A stretch of DNA of 51,581 nucleotides from Candidatus Krumholzibacteriota bacterium (lineage in GTDB: Bacteria > Krumholzibacteriota > Krumholzibacteriia > LZORAL124-64-63). Below, in pieces: positions 18,662-27,663 of this stretch. Each line of letters begins with the position of its first letter. Position 1 is the stretch's first letter. The DNA lies in contig JBDLKA010000015.1 in assembly GCA_039714075.1 (NCBI GenBank), positions 1-51,581 on the forward strand. The letters are read 5' to 3'. The notes beneath the pieces are model-generated. The model was not told the DNA's origin, did not search any database, and was given only the letters and a program-made list of their open reading frames with translations. Both the position numbers and the translations under genes were made by a program.

Positions 18662-20854
18662 ATGAGCGATTTTCGGGAAGACCAACCCGGCGAGCGGTTG
18701 CACGAACCGGAGCCACCCACCCGGGACTACCTGTCGGTACCCCCATTCAAGGTGGGAACATGGCGGGTCGAACCGTCCTTCCTGCGTCTGGTGGACGGTG
18801 ATCAGGTCGTCCAGATTGGCCCCCGCCTCATGCACCTGCTGATTGTTCTGGTCGAGGGGCGGGATGATGTGGTCACCCGCCGCAAGTTCATGGAAAGCGT
18901 GTGGTCCGACGCCGTCGTCACCACCGACACCCTTTCGATGGCCGTTTCGGACCTCCGCCGCGCCCTGGGCGACAACCCCCAGAATCCGGAATACATCGAA
19001 ACCATCAGGAATGTCGGTTATCGGATGGTCGCGCCCGTCACCCGTCTGGACAGGACCCGGGATGACGCGGCGGAAATGCCCCCTGCTGAAGACGCCGGAC
19101 GTGCGGTACGGTGGAACACCGGTCCTCGGATTCTGGTTGTTGTGGCACTTCTGATCCTGGCTCCGATCGTGGGCAAATTCGCCCTTTCGGAAAGAGGGGC
19201 GTCATCCCCCGCGGCCGTTCAGCCCATTCTGCAGACCCGACCTCTGACGTCGTATCCCTCGAGCGAGATCCAGGCGGCGCTTTCGCCATCGGGGAACGAG
19301 GTCGCCTTCGCCTGGTCCGGCCCCGAAGAATCCGACCTCGATATTTACGTCAAGCGCCTGGACACCGACCCTCCCCAGCGCCGGAGTGATTTGCCGGGTT
19401 TGGACTATTTTCCTGCCTGGTCGCCGGCGGGCGACCGCATCGTCTTTGCCCATGCCCGGACAGGGGAAAACCCCGGCACCGACATCATGACCGTCCCCGC
19501 CTTTGGCGGGCCCGCCCTGGTTCTCTTTACCACCGACCAGCGCCTCACCGGGCTGGATTGGTCTCCCGACGGTGCCCACCTGGTCCTGAGCCTGCGGCCG
19601 CGGGGCGAACGGCAATCCCGAATCCACTTCCTGGATCTTCAAACCCTGTCCCTCGCGGCGGTTCAAATCTCGGCGCCGGACCTGGCCGGCTGCGACTACC
19701 CCGCCTATTCCCCCGACGGAACGGTGCTGGCCTTCGTCGGCAGCGACGAGGCCCGCCTCAAGGACATCTACACGGTCCCGGTAACAGGCGGGCAGGCCAA
19801 GCGCCTGACCTTCGCCCAACGCGAGATCTTCGGGCTGGACTGGGCCTGCGACAGCCGGCATATCATCTTCGCGTCACTTCCGTATCAGAATTACGAACTG
19901 TGGAAAGTCGACTCCGCCGACCGTACAATGACCTGGCTGCCCACCCCGGGAGACAAGGTCATGTACCCCTCCATCAACTGCGCCACACGGTTGCTGGCCT
20001 ATGAAGAGACGTCCTGTGATTTCGATGTCTGGCGAATCGACTTGAATGACGGCGGTTCCGGCAGTGCCGGCATGGTCCCCATTATCGACTCCACCAGGGA
20101 GGACTATCAGGCTCAATATTCACGGGACGGGCAAGGCATAGTTTTTGTCTCGACCAGAGAGGGCAGCCCCCAGATCTGGGTCAGTGATCCCGAAGGCAAT
20201 GACCCGGCTCAATTGACGCACCTGGAGGATGTCCTGCCGCAGCACCCCCGGTGGTCACCCGACGGCCGGCGCATTGGTTTCAACGGCATCGATCAGGGTA
20301 TCAGCTCGGTTTACTTCATGAACAGCTCCGGCGGCCTGCCCGAACGTCTCTCTTCATCGAACGAGCACGAGGTTTTTGCGGGTTGGTCCCCGGACAGCCA
20401 GTGGCTTTACTATGTTCGCGTGTCCGGGACCGGGCGGGGCCTGTGGCGCATGCGGACCGACGGGTCCCGGCAACAGATTCTCATTCCCGATGCCAGAGCC
20501 GTGGTAGGACAGCCGAGTGAGGAATTGGGCCTGGTGTATCTCAAGTTCACCGAGTCGGGATTGTGGCGGCGGGAATACCCGGACAAAGAACCGGAACTCC
20601 TGGTGGACGGCACCGCCATGACCCGCTGGCGTGGTCTGGCGATCATCGAATCGGGTGTCTATTTCACGCGCGTTTCAGGCAATCAATACACACTCAACTT
20701 TTTCGATTTTCAAACCCGGCAAGAGAAGTTTCTCCGGAAACTGGATGTCAAAAGCTGTTACGGCCTGTCCGTCGCGCCGGACAGGCAATCCCTCATTTTC
20801 AACGGTTATGACTTTCTCCTCTGTGATCTGGTCATGGTGCCCGGGTTTCATTGA
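18662..20854 (+). CDS. CadC/ToxR-like membrane one-component regulator: OmpR-type wHTH, TM helix, PD40/TolB-like beta-propellers
   Basis: AGGAG RBS; 'VSDLRRALGDNPQNPEYIETIRNVGYRM'; one TM; repeated 'WSPDG/YSPDG'. Confidence 0.9.
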   Translation: MSDFREDQPGERLHEPEPPTRDYLSVPPFKVGTWRVEPSFLRLVDGDQVVQIGPRLMHLLIVLVEGRDDVVTRRKFMESVWSDAVVTTDTLSMAVSDLRRALGDNPQNPEYIETIRNVGYRMVAPVTRLDRTRDDAAEMPPAEDAGRAVRWNTGPRILVVVALLILAPIVGKFALSERGASSPAAVQPILQTRPLTSYPSSEIQAALSPSGNEVAFAWSGPEESDLDIYVKRLDTDPPQRRSDLPGLDYFPAWSPAGDRIVFAHARTGENPGTDIMTVPAFGGPALVLFTTDQRLTGLDWSPDGAHLVLSLRPRGERQSRIHFLDLQTLSLAAVQISAPDLAGCDYPAYSPDGTVLAFVGSDEARLKDIYTVPVTGGQAKRLTFAQREIFGLDWACDSRHIIFASLPYQNYELWKVDSADRTMTWLPTPGDKVMYPSINCATRLLAYEETSCDFDVWRIDLNDGGSGSAGMVPIIDSTREDYQAQYSRDGQGIVFVSTREGSPQIWVSDPEGNDPAQLTHLEDVLPQHPRWSPDGRRIGFNGIDQGISSVYFMNSSGGLPERLSSSNEHEVFAGWSPDSQWLYYVRVSGTGRGLWRMRTDGSRQQILIPDARAVVGQPSEELGLVYLKFTESGLWRREYPDKEPELLVDGTAMTRWRGLAIIESGVYFTRVSGNQYTLNFFDFQTRQEKFLRKLDVKSCYGLSVAPDRQSLIFNGYDFLLCDLVMVPGFH

Positions 20855-20982
20855 TCCTGTCAATATCTTCAGGCCCGCCCGCCGGGATCCAATCCCCGTC
20901 CATCTTCAAATGATCGATTCAGCAACACCCCGAACCCCTTACAGTCAGCGCAAAACCTGCTGACAACAATACGTTTATGGCC

Positions 20983-21026
20983 CTGAGCTGTTTATTAGGC
21001 AACTTTTAGCTGCGCTTTACAACCCC
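20983..21026 (+). promoter_or_regulatory. Four 11-bp direct repeats upstream of the secreted hydrolase (candidate wHTH operator)
   Basis: CTGAGCTGTTT ATTAGGCAACT TTTAGCTGCGC TTTACAACCCC; candidate -10 TATGGT at 21043. Confidence 0.6.
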
Positions 21027-21139
21027 ACATGCTTCTAAACCCTATGGTTATTTCGATCACATAACGAGGTCAAAAATGTGGTGATTTCAATCGCGCAATT
21101 CACCGCTTTTCCGAACACCAAAATGAAAGTGGAGCGACA

Positions 21140-22171
21140 ATGAAAAATGGTCTGAAAATTATTATATTAGCGGGAATTCTGCTGATCAGTACAACGCTCT
21201 TCGCTCAGGTTCGCATCGATTCCGACTTTCCCTTCCAATCCGACCCGGCCAAGAAATATTCGCTGTATATTCCTTCCGGTTATGAACCGGGTACTCCGCA
21301 CAAGGCCATGATCGGGCTCCATCCCTATTACCCGGGCTTTGACTCGGTTGCATGGTGCGATACTCTGACGGCTTTTGCCGAATCCAACAATTTGTTGTTG
21401 ATTTGTCCCGACGGTGGACCGGACGGGCGAATTAGTGATCCCCTTGATCAGGCATTTACCGAAGCGCTCCTCGATTCGGTGTCAGGGTGGTACGACCTCA
21501 ATCCGGACAAGGTCTTTGTGATGGGGTTTTCCGTCGGGGGACTGGCTACCTATACCTTCGGCCTGGCTCACCCGGAGAGATATGCGGGATACATCCCCGT
21601 CGGGGCGGCCATATCCCATGTATCCCAATTGAGCGCAGTTATAGGGAATTCAGAGGGCGAAGCGATCTATATCGTGCACGGTGCCTACGACAGTCCCAAC
21701 ACGCGCTTCTTTCCGGTCAAGAATGCCTTGCGGGATGCAGGGGCCGTCCTCAATTATCAGTTGTTGCCCGGTGTCGGTCATACGTTCGATTTCCCCAATC
21801 GAAATGCCATCCTTTCCACTGCCTATGCCTGGGTCGATGCCGCCAGCTCGGGCATAGTAACCGGTGTCGATGAACATCAGGGAAGGCTGGCGAAGGCCCG
21901 CCTGTTTCAAAACCATCCCAATCCTTTCAATCCCGTTACAACGATTGCTTTCGATTTGAAAACTCCGACGCCCGTGGAATTGAAGGTATTTGACACCAAA
22001 GGCAGACTTGTCCGGGCATTGCATAACGGAGAATATTTTGGCACCGGTCATCATTCAATCAGGTGGGACGGAACAGATGACAACGCTCGCCGGGTCAGTT
22101 CCGGGACGTATTTTTACAGACTTGTCACCGAAGATGTAAGCATTGCCAAGACCATGATTTTGCTCCAATGA
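21140..22171 (+). CDS. Secreted alpha/beta-hydrolase (esterase/PHB-depolymerase-like) with FlgD-Ig C-terminal domain
   Basis: GGAG RBS; signal peptide; 'GFSVGG' nucleophile, 'HGAYD', 'GVGH'; C-terminal 'QNHPNPFNPVT...WDGTD...SSGTYFYRL'. Confidence 0.88.
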   Translation: MKNGLKIIILAGILLISTTLFAQVRIDSDFPFQSDPAKKYSLYIPSGYEPGTPHKAMIGLHPYYPGFDSVAWCDTLTAFAESNNLLLICPDGGPDGRISDPLDQAFTEALLDSVSGWYDLNPDKVFVMGFSVGGLATYTFGLAHPERYAGYIPVGAAISHVSQLSAVIGNSEGEAIYIVHGAYDSPNTRFFPVKNALRDAGAVLNYQLLPGVGHTFDFPNRNAILSTAYAWVDAASSGIVTGVDEHQGRLAKARLFQNHPNPFNPVTTIAFDLKTPTPVELKVFDTKGRLVRALHNGEYFGTGHHSIRWDGTDDNARRVSSGTYFYRLVTEDVSIAKTMILLQ

Positions 22172-22201
22172 AATGGAACGGTAGGTCAAGTCCTTGTAGT
22201 T

Positions 22202-22224
22202 GGCCCCGGGAAAAACCCGGGGCC
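22202..22224. terminator. GC-rich hairpin downstream of the hydrolase
   Basis: GGCCCCGGG-aaaaa-CCCGGGGCC, perfect 9-bp stem, no T tract. Confidence 0.5.
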
Positions 22225-22341
22225 GGATGTCAAAAGGTGTTACGGCCTCCGTCATGTTTGGATTTTTTTACAACATAACTGATTTAAATTATTGCAGTTA
22301 AAAAGCCGTCTCCTTTACTGGACGATTTTTATCGTTTGCCG

Positions 22342-22368
22342 GGAACTTTCACCCCCCCGCCATCCGTT
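22342..22368 (+). promoter_or_regulatory. ECF-sigma-type promoter
   Basis: GGAACT - 17 bp - CGTT, resembling SigH/SigR-class consensus; an ECF sigma gene lies 1.6 kb downstream on the same strand. Confidence 0.6.
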
Positions 22369-22452
22369 CTCCCCTCGAAATCGCCAACCTGCCGACCAAC
22401 GCCCACGGACCCGGCAGGATTATCGCAACCACTTTCGGGAGGAAGACCCCCC

Positions 22453-23124
22453 ATGACCTTGCGCAAGTACGTTTCCAGATCCATGGTCCCGGTAATGCTG
22501 GTATTGCTGACCATCGGTGCGAACCCCGCCCTGGCCGCGGTCGCGGATTACGTCGGTTTCGGCTGGGAAACCGGTGGCATCGACCCCAGCGTGCCCGGGG
22601 ACGAATTGGCCATCGCCACGGTCGTCACGCAGATCGATGCCCTCTTCGGTATCGACCTGAACGCCGTCGAAAGCACGTTGTACATCGACGGGTTGCTAAG
22701 CCAGGGGGCGATCGTCAACCCCTCCACCGGGATCACGACCATCAGCTACACCGGTGGAACCCTGCGCCTCTATGCCGATCCCGGCGAGGACAGCGACTGG
22801 GGCATCAACCCGGCCAACGGGACCGTTCCCTCCACTTTCATCAACGGTGATCTTCTGTTCGAAGCATCGTTCACCAGTTTCTCCCTCATCCTGCAGTCTT
22901 CCGGCGGGGGTGCGTTCGAAGGCTATCTCAACGGCACCGGCGGTTCGGCCCTGATCGGACCCTGCTCCGATTGCGCCTACACCTTTGCCGGCGCGTTTTC
23001 CACGCCGTCCGGCGCCCAGATTCCCGAGGGCTACGACCTTCAGGTCGATGGAGTGCTGGAAGTCGAATCCGCCGTCGCCATCGAAAACATGAGCTGGGGA
23101 TCCGTGAAGAACCTGTACCGGTAA
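22453..23124 (+). CDS. Secreted beta-rich hypothetical protein ending SWGSVKNLYR
   Basis: GGAGG RBS; signal peptide ending ...PALA; Gly/Thr/Ser-rich; paralogous to the next gene. Confidence 0.85.
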   Translation: MTLRKYVSRSMVPVMLVLLTIGANPALAAVADYVGFGWETGGIDPSVPGDELAIATVVTQIDALFGIDLNAVESTLYIDGLLSQGAIVNPSTGITTISYTGGTLRLYADPGEDSDWGINPANGTVPSTFINGDLLFEASFTSFSLILQSSGGGAFEGYLNGTGGSALIGPCSDCAYTFAGAFSTPSGAQIPEGYDLQVDGVLEVESAVAIENMSWGSVKNLYR

Positions 23125-23169
23125 TGCCCTAGAGGCACCACTCGAGATCCACCTGGAGGATGAGCAACA

Positions 23170-23784
23170 ATGAAATCGTTACTGAAACTGACTCTCGTAC
23201 TGGGCCTGATCGCCACGGCCGGCTCCGCCACGGCGGTGCAGATGTTCGACTTCGACGCCCAGGCCATTCTGCCGACCACCGTCGGCTCCGCCGCCGAGGC
23301 GTACGGCATCATCGTCAACGGTGACGCCGTGGACACCCCCCTGCCGCTGGACTTCGCCAACTTCGAATACACGATCGTGGTCACCGGCCTGATCCTGGAT
23401 TCCACCGGATCGACGAGCATTTTCTCGGGCGGGACCGTCGTGATCTACGAAGACGACGCCACGGCCGCCGACTGGGCCGTTCCCGCCGGATTCAGCGACG
23501 GTGTCGCGATTCTCAGCGGCACCCTGGCCACTTTCCAGCACACCATGCTCCTGGCCACGGTAGGCAGCGGGCAGGGTTATGTCGACTGGACGGGCGGCAC
23601 GAGGTTGAACGAACTCGCGCCGGCCGACCAGACGGGTTGGCCCTTCCTGACGACCGTTTCCCGGGCGGCCACGCAGGTCGAGCCCGGCTACACCGAAAAA
23701 TGGGACGGCAAGGTCGAACCCACGGAAGACGTTGTGGCCACGGAAGTTCAGAGCTGGTCGAATCTGAAGGTTTTGTTCCGGTAG
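23170..23784 (+). CDS. Secreted beta-rich hypothetical protein ending SWSNLKVLFR (paralogue)
   Basis: GGAGGA RBS; signal peptide; 'FSGGTVVIYED' aligns with 'YTGGTLRLYAD', and 'PGYTEKWDGKVE' with 'EGYDLQVDGVLE'. Confidence 0.88.
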   Translation: MKSLLKLTLVLGLIATAGSATAVQMFDFDAQAILPTTVGSAAEAYGIIVNGDAVDTPLPLDFANFEYTIVVTGLILDSTGSTSIFSGGTVVIYEDDATAADWAVPAGFSDGVAILSGTLATFQHTMLLATVGSGQGYVDWTGGTRLNELAPADQTGWPFLTTVSRAATQVEPGYTEKWDGKVEPTEDVVATEVQSWSNLKVLFR

Positions 23785-23970
23785 GGGATTGGACCAGGCG
23801 GGCGAACCTGGAAGGGCCGGGGTCCCCCACGATCAGTGGGCTGACCGAACACAGGATACCGACACCGGATCCCGGCCTCGCCCGCTGAAATTGGAGACGA
23901 CAAAAGCAGGGGATTGGGTTAGTATTAGGGGAGAAAAAATGCTTGGATACAGCAGAAAGATTTTCGCCCC

Positions 23971-24540
23971 GTGTCACCTCGCCTCTCCCCACCTGAAAAG
24001 CTTCGTTTCGAAGCGGAAGTCGTGCCGCAGCTTGACGTGCTGTACCGCATGGCCCGCAGCGTCTGTTGCGACGCCGACCTGGCGGACGATATCGCCCAGG
24101 ATGCCTTTCTGAAGGCCCTTCGGGGGTTTGGGGGACTTCGGCCCGGCACCAACAGCAGAAGCTGGCTGGCCCGGATCGTCCACAACGCCTGCCGGGACCA
24201 CTGGCGTTCCCGGTCACGGCAGATGGAACAGGGCTGGGATGACGACATCCCGGCGGAAGTCGAAATGCCGGCCGACGAGTTGGCCTGGGAGCCCCGGATC
24301 ATCCGGGAAGCTTTCGACGATGAGATCGAGAACGCGCTGCGCGAGTTGCCTCCCCGCTGGCGGGCGGCAGTCCTGCTGGTCGATGTCGAGGGTTGGAGCT
24401 ACGACGAAGCCGCGGACAGTCTGGAAATCGCGCCCGGATCCCTGCGCTCGGCCCTGCACCGCGCCCGCAGGACGCTTTACCGGAAACTGCAGGAATCGGA
24501 TTTGAATCAGCAACAGGGGGAAGGAGGTATGGCGACATGA
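23971..24540 (+). CDS. ECF sigma-70 factor (RpoE/SigH-like)
   Basis: Region 2 'ADDIAQDAFLKA...RSWLARIVHNACRD'; region 4 'WSYDEAADSLEIAPGSLRSALHRAR'. GTG start is uncertain. Confidence 0.92.
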   Translation: MSPRLSPPEKLRFEAEVVPQLDVLYRMARSVCCDADLADDIAQDAFLKALRGFGGLRPGTNSRSWLARIVHNACRDHWRSRSRQMEQGWDDDIPAEVEMPADELAWEPRIIREAFDDEIENALRELPPRWRAAVLLVDVEGWSYDEAADSLEIAPGSLRSALHRARRTLYRKLQESDLNQQQGEGGMAT

Positions 24541-25364
24541 GTTTCGAGAAGGGATACTGCCGGGAAATCCAGACTGACCCCCACGGGGAGAACTGGAGCA
24601 TTACGACACGCGAGCATGCCGCCGCCTGCCCCTTGTGCACCGCCTATATCGAAAGTTGCGACGAATTGGGCGAGCGCCTGCGGGACCTGCCGTCGTTGCG
24701 GGAAACCATGCCGGAAGACCTGCGTGGGAAAATGCTCCAGCAACTGGCGGAAGCCGCCGCTCCCGAAACGGCCGCCCCCGGCAGGAGCGCCTCCCTGCTG
24801 ACGCTTCCCCTCGCCCAGCGAATCATGCTGCCTGTCGCCCTGGCGGCATCGCTCGTGCTGGGGATCTTCCTCGAGAAAACCTTCGACTTCGGACCAGCGT
24901 CATTTCCTAATGAGGTCGAAAGGACCATCGGCCTGTACATCGAGGACGTGACCCACGACCACTATCTGCTCGAACGCATCGCCCGACCGCTGGAAGTGGA
25001 GATCACCAACGCCCGCGACCTTTCGACCTGGCTCAGCGCCTCCCTCAATTTCGCCTTCCAGTTGCCTGAGACCCGTGGGCCCTTGACCCTGCAAGGCGGC
25101 CGCGTCTGGCACACAGTGGGCAGGCTTTCGGCGATGGCATCATACATGACCGAATCCGGCAGCCGGGTGGTCCTGTTCGCGGTACCGGCCGAGAACCTGG
25201 AACTGATCGGGGCCGAATCCGAGCTCGTTGATGGCGTTCGGGTCTTCAACGGCAGCGGTTGGGGCCACGAAGCCCGGGTCTGGATCGACGGAGACCTGGC
25301 GGTGGCCCTGACGGCGCCCGAGGGTGAGATTCCGGCGACGTGGGACGAAATTTTCCTGCCGTAA
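24537..25364 (+). CDS. Transmembrane anti-sigma factor with zinc-binding (ZAS) motif
   Basis: ATGA overlap with the sigma gene; 'EHAAACPLC' (HxxxCxxC); TM 'LPVALAASLVLGIFL'; periplasmic 'LQGGR' domain. Confidence 0.88.
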   Translation: MSFEKGYCREIQTDPHGENWSITTREHAAACPLCTAYIESCDELGERLRDLPSLRETMPEDLRGKMLQQLAEAAAPETAAPGRSASLLTLPLAQRIMLPVALAASLVLGIFLEKTFDFGPASFPNEVERTIGLYIEDVTHDHYLLERIARPLEVEITNARDLSTWLSASLNFAFQLPETRGPLTLQGGRVWHTVGRLSAMASYMTESGSRVVLFAVPAENLELIGAESELVDGVRVFNGSGWGHEARVWIDGDLAVALTAPEGEIPATWDEIFLP

Positions 25365-25450
25365 TACATTAGTTGTGCCTTCGAAATTGTGTCCGGGGCC
25401 AGGCAGAGGCCGGACAGGGTGAGATTATCTTGCAGGGATGATAATATTGC

Positions 25451-25482
25451 AAAAAACGGTGTCCCCGGGGGTGCCGTTTTTT
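25451..25482. terminator. Bidirectional rho-independent terminator
   Basis: AAAAAACGG...CCGTTTTTT with a GC/GU core. Confidence 0.7.
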
Positions 25483-25576
25483 GATGTCTGACATGTTCTT
25501 ACGGCCAAACACAATTTCAGAGGCACAACCAATGGATTAATAGAAATCGACCACCGGCGTGATCTGCACCCGATCA

Positions 25577-25617
25577 TGTAAAATAAACTTGACACTATGG
25601 AAAGTTAACTATACACT
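25577..25617 (+). promoter_or_regulatory. Sigma70 promoter with two overlapping XRE-type operator candidates
   Basis: TTGACA (25589) - 17 bp - TACACT (25612); imperfect palindromes TGTAAAATAAACTTGACA and TGGAAAGTTAACTATACA, 21 bp apart. Confidence 0.75.
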
Positions 25618-25624
25618 GTCTTCC

Positions 25625-25840
25625 ATGAAGCCACGCCACGACATCCAAAGCCACGTACGCCGCCATCGCCTGCGGCTCGACCTGACCCAGCAGGAACTGG
25701 CCGACCGTGTGGGCGTCACCCGCCAGACGATCCTGTCCATCGAAAAGGGCAAGTACAGTCCGACGGTGGGACTGGCCCTGGGACTGGCCCGGGAACTGGG
25801 CGTGAGCGTCGAGGAACTCTTCGAACTGGAAGGTAAGTAA
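25625..25840 (+). CDS. XRE/Cro-C1 HTH transcriptional regulator
   Basis: 'LTQQELADRVGVTRQTILSIEKGKYSPT...VSVEELF'; 71 aa; no SD upstream. Confidence 0.93.
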   Translation: MKPRHDIQSHVRRHRLRLDLTQQELADRVGVTRQTILSIEKGKYSPTVGLALGLARELGVSVEELFELEGK

Positions 25841-25841
25841 G

Positions 25842-26570
25842 ATGACGAAACGGCATTCCGTCGCCACCTGGTTCCGGTCGCCTTCGAACCTCATAGCGTC
25901 GACCCTGGTAATCGGGGGTTTCCTGATGACGGGCGTCGACGAGATATGGGGACTGCTCATGGGGGTCGGCATCTTCGGCCCGGGCATCCTGCGCGAGTTC
26001 GGCTGGCTGCGGGACAAGGACGAGTTCGAACTGCGGGCCGCCCGACGGGCCGGCTTTCACGCCTACCTGGTCGGCGGCCTGATGATCTTCTCCCTGGTTG
26101 CGCTGTACCGCCATGAGGAACCCGTTATCGAGGAACCGTCCTCGCTGGTCCTGTCCATCTTCGTGGTGATGTGGTTCACCTGGCTGCTCAGCTCCCTGCT
26201 GGCGTACTGGGGTTCCCTGAAGATGGCCCGGCGTCTGCTCTACGCCTTCGGGACGGTGTGGCTGCTGTTCAACATCGCGGCCGGCGAGGGGAACTGGGTC
26301 ACCAGCTTCATGCAGTCCCTGCTGGCGGTGCCGTTCTTCGCCGCGGCCGTGCTGGCGAACCGTTTCCCGCGCATTGTGGGTCTGCTGCTGATCGGTATCT
26401 CGGTCTTCCTTTTCTTCTTTTTCGGTTGGGAGGAAATCTTCCAGGTCCGGCCGTTCACCGGTGGGCTGGAAGCGATCGTCCTGTTCCTGGGACCGCTGGT
26501 CGTCAGCGGTGTGGGGTTGTTGGCGGGACGCCGGGAAACTTCCGCGGAAGTCGCGGAGGTCGAAGGCTGA
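25842..26570 (+). CDS. Multi-pass membrane protein co-transcribed with the XRE gene
   Basis: About 7-8 hydrophobic helices; 'KDEFELRAARRAGFHAY' segment typical of XRE-linked membrane proteins. Confidence 0.8.
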   Translation: MTKRHSVATWFRSPSNLIASTLVIGGFLMTGVDEIWGLLMGVGIFGPGILREFGWLRDKDEFELRAARRAGFHAYLVGGLMIFSLVALYRHEEPVIEEPSSLVLSIFVVMWFTWLLSSLLAYWGSLKMARRLLYAFGTVWLLFNIAAGEGNWVTSFMQSLLAVPFFAAAVLANRFPRIVGLLLIGISVFLFFFFGWEEIFQVRPFTGGLEAIVLFLGPLVVSGVGLLAGRRETSAEVAEVEG

Positions 26571-26601
26571 ATGTTCCGGTAAACATGAGAGGGGTAAAGT
26601 C

Positions 26602-27159
26602 ATGAACACATTTGAGAATCGTCGCGTATCAATTGGAGTCCTGATTGCCGCCGTCCTGGTTTTGACCACGCTTGTTTCCCCGGTTCTCGCCGACGAGGAT
26701 CCCGGCGGGGCAACCCTCAAGGTCGGCACCTTCGACAGTCGGTGCGTTGCCTTCGCCTACGGGCAAACGAAGGGAGAAGGCAGTTTCTTCGCTCGCATCC
26801 AGGAACTGAAACGCGAATACGCCGCCGCCGAGAAAGCCGGCGATACTGAGAAAACAGCCGAGCTCGAGGAACAGGGTGAATCCCTGCAGCACCAGATGCA
26901 CCTGAAGGTTTTCTGCGGCACGCCGATCGACGACATCCTCGACCTGGTCCGGGACGACATCCCGAAGGCGGCCACGGCGGCGGGGGTGGATCTGATCGTC
27001 GGAGAGGTCCTTTACCAGGGACCGGCGGTCGAGATCATCAATGTCACCACCGAGATGGTCAAGCTCTTCACGACCGATCCGGAGGTCATCGGCGCGCTGG
27101 CGGAGATCCAGGCGGCTCCGGTTGTCGACCCCGAGGAGTTCGCGGAGGGGCGGCACTGA
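26602..27159 (+). CDS. Secreted hypothetical protein, possibly OmpH/Skp-like
   Basis: GAGGGG RBS; signal peptide; 'KVGTFD' strand, helical hairpin, 'GVDLIV...INVTTEMV' end as in Skp topology. Confidence 0.65.
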   Translation: MNTFENRRVSIGVLIAAVLVLTTLVSPVLADEDPGGATLKVGTFDSRCVAFAYGQTKGEGSFFARIQELKREYAAAEKAGDTEKTAELEEQGESLQHQMHLKVFCGTPIDDILDLVRDDIPKAATAAGVDLIVGEVLYQGPAVEIINVTTEMVKLFTTDPEVIGALAEIQAAPVVDPEEFAEGRH

Positions 27160-27204
27160 TTACACATGTCCGGTGGTCACGCCGGCCACATCAGGGTCCT
27201 CCGG

Positions 27205-27663
27205 TCATCGCCGCCGAAACCGGAGGACCTCGTCCACCCCGGACACCGTCACCAGCAGTTCCGCGCCATCCATTGTGTACGTGATCCGGCTGTTACTCGT
27301 CTCCTTCAGGGCTTCGAAAACGACACGATTTCCCGCCGCTTCCGTCACTTTCAATTCCATGGGCGGGCCGTCGCCCTCCCACGTCGAGTAATCCGGACGG
27401 AAGTGTTCGAAGCGCATGACGATCTGACCATCTTCCGCCGTTACCTGCAGGAATTCCGAAAATTCCAGACGTCCCTGGACGGTTAACCGGAATACGCCGT
27501 GCATGGCGTTTCCCGCCGCGGGAATCCAGACTTCTTCCATCGTGCCGCCGAAAGCCTCCCCTACCCAGTGCCCCTCCAGCCAGGCAATGGATTCCAACTC
27601 ATCCGCCGTGGCGATCCCCGAGCTACAGGCCAGAAAAACCGCCAGAATCAGGTTGCGTAACAT
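27205..27663 (-). CDS. DUF6265-like secreted protein
   Basis: Signal peptide; 'IAWLEGHWVG...EEVW...GNAMHG'; TGATG overlap with the VOC gene. Confidence 0.75.
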   Translation of the reverse strand: MLRNLILAVFLACSSGIATADELESIAWLEGHWVGEAFGGTMEEVWIPAAGNAMHGVFRLTVQGRLEFSEFLQVTAEDGQIVMRFEHFRPDYSTWEGDGPPMELKVTEAAGNRVVFEALKETSNSRITYTMDGAELLVTVSGVDEVLRFRRR

